A stretch of 64,000 nt of DNA, taken from NCBI RefSeq assembly GCF_000150275.1, contig NW_002060960.1, positions 882,469 to 946,468 on the forward strand. The letters run 5' to 3'. Position numbers and translations under genes: made by a program. The notes under the pieces were generated by a model. The model was not told the DNA's origin. It was given only the letters and a program-made list of their open reading frames with translations, and made no database searches. This stretch comes from Trichoplax adhaerens (Eukaryota > Animalia > Placozoa). Below are positions 62,474 through 64,000 of this stretch, piece by piece (the first letter of the stretch is position 1; every line of letters starts with the position of its first letter).

Positions 62474-64000
62474 CGCATCGCATAACCATAACCTAAATTG
62501 TAGTAGAAACCGTAATCGCTATCTAGAGCACAGACTGTGCCTTGTTTGATATTTAGCAACATAATATCACTTTTTTAGGTTACATTAGCACCTACTTTAG
62601 TTCAATAATTTTAGTTTACGTGGTCTTGATAATCAAAAGGAGTCAGTGAAAGAAACTGAAATTCGAAAATCAACGTATAACATTAGTTTCCAATACTGAA
62701 TCTACTACCAATCTTGAACATTGGAAGAATTTTCCAATCCCAAACCCATTTGATGCTACTCTCGTAATTAAATTTTTACCCTGTCTGAACTAAAAATAAA
62801 AATTTCAAACAATCTATTTACTTTTATTTTTGTGTATTTATCACCGAAGTATGCAGCGTAATCATACAGCATAGAGAATTGTCGCAGTCAGCCCCAATTA
62901 TGTATAAATGTACTTTGATGACCACTTTTCAGTATTGCGGCGTAATGCATGAGTTATAAAAATTGGAATGATCGATCAATGATTTGCTTACTAAGTAATA
63001 TTTAAGGCTAAGATATCCAACTCTTATTATAAACTAGCATACACAGACCTTTTTAAATATTGTAATAAAAGCAGATTTTTATTTTAAGTTTGTAGGCCTA
63101 ACTTTATTGTGGCGTAGTAAACTTATACAGAATAAGATATAGTTTGCCGTATTACAGTATTAAAATCATAATCGCCATTTAGAATATAGATTGTGCCTCA
63201 TTTGATATTTGGCCATACAATTTTTTTTCATCGGTTATACTAGTACCAGATAATGTTAGGGTTAGGGTTAAGCTTAGTAACTTTATTTGCCTGTTTTTGA
63301 TAATTAAACGCAGTTCGTGAAAGGAATCTAAATTCGAAATCGACTTATAATATCAATTACTGACACTTTCAACTACTGCAAATGTTGAATCTTTTAATAG
63401 ATTTTGTAAATCTCAAGACAACTTTTATTCTTCATTCGTATATTAAATCCTTGCTCCGTTTCAAAGTTATCAGAAATAGTGATATTATCTTAGTAGACTA
63501 TGAACTAACAATAAAAATTATGATATTGGAAATTTGTTTATGTTAGTGCTTTATATTTAGTACCATAGTGTGCAGTGTAATAGCAGACCAGAGGGAATTG
63601 AAACATTAAGTCTCAATTATATATGCGTGCACGTTGACAACTTTGTTTCAGTAATGTGTTGTAGTAAATAACTTAAAAATTTGGACTATTCAATATATGA
63701 TTTGCTTATCACGTAATATTTGGCGAAAGTTATTACTTGCATGGACCGTGGTGTAACAGCATTACATTTTCATTTATAAATAGGGCTAATGTGGTAAATC
63801 TTCAGTTGGTTTCAATTGGTGAGAAAGATCAAAATTCATTAACCCAATTTTAGTAGGGTATGCAGTATGTTGGAAATCTGAATTTCCAATATAGATTCCC
63901 ATAGCTTTGAAATCAAAGTAATAGCTATACAGGGTGTTTACTACAGTCTTTGTATTGACTAGCGGAATATTTATGGCATTGATAAATAGAAATTATAATA

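Noticed and set aside
63256-63272. (TTAGGG)2 telomere-like word
   Set aside because: Only ~2.5 units; too short to call an interstitial telomere

Overview
AT-rich, gene-dense eukaryotic (animal) genomic DNA with many short GT-AG introns. Composition and gene architecture suggest a placozoan such as Trichoplax, but this is inference only. Hand-spliced genes: POLG2 (+, 3839-6827), a FAM234-like FG-GAP membrane protein (+), an intron-containing tRNA-Ile(UAU) (-), TMF1 (+), PDPK1/PDK1 (-, with a U12-type intron and a probable 7.2 kb repeat-filled first intron), METTL23 (-), an intronless bacterial-type PhzF/YddE gene (-), two tandem paralogs encoding an unrecognised Cys-rich-ectodomain multipass membrane protein (+), and a 17-exon ornithine-decarboxylase-like gene (+). 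Many unrelated tandem arrays sit at or near gene 5' ends. The strongest leads are: (1) the ODC-like enzyme keeps the PLP lysine and catalytic Cys but has lost the diamine-binding acidic residues; (2) the PhzF gene looks horizontally acquired and has Ala in place of the catalytic Glu; (3) the orphan membrane-protein pair lying between these two is under clear purifying selection; (4) covarying hairpin repeats fill PDPK1 intron 1. All exon structures and homology calls were made by eye from remembered family motifs; no searches were run.
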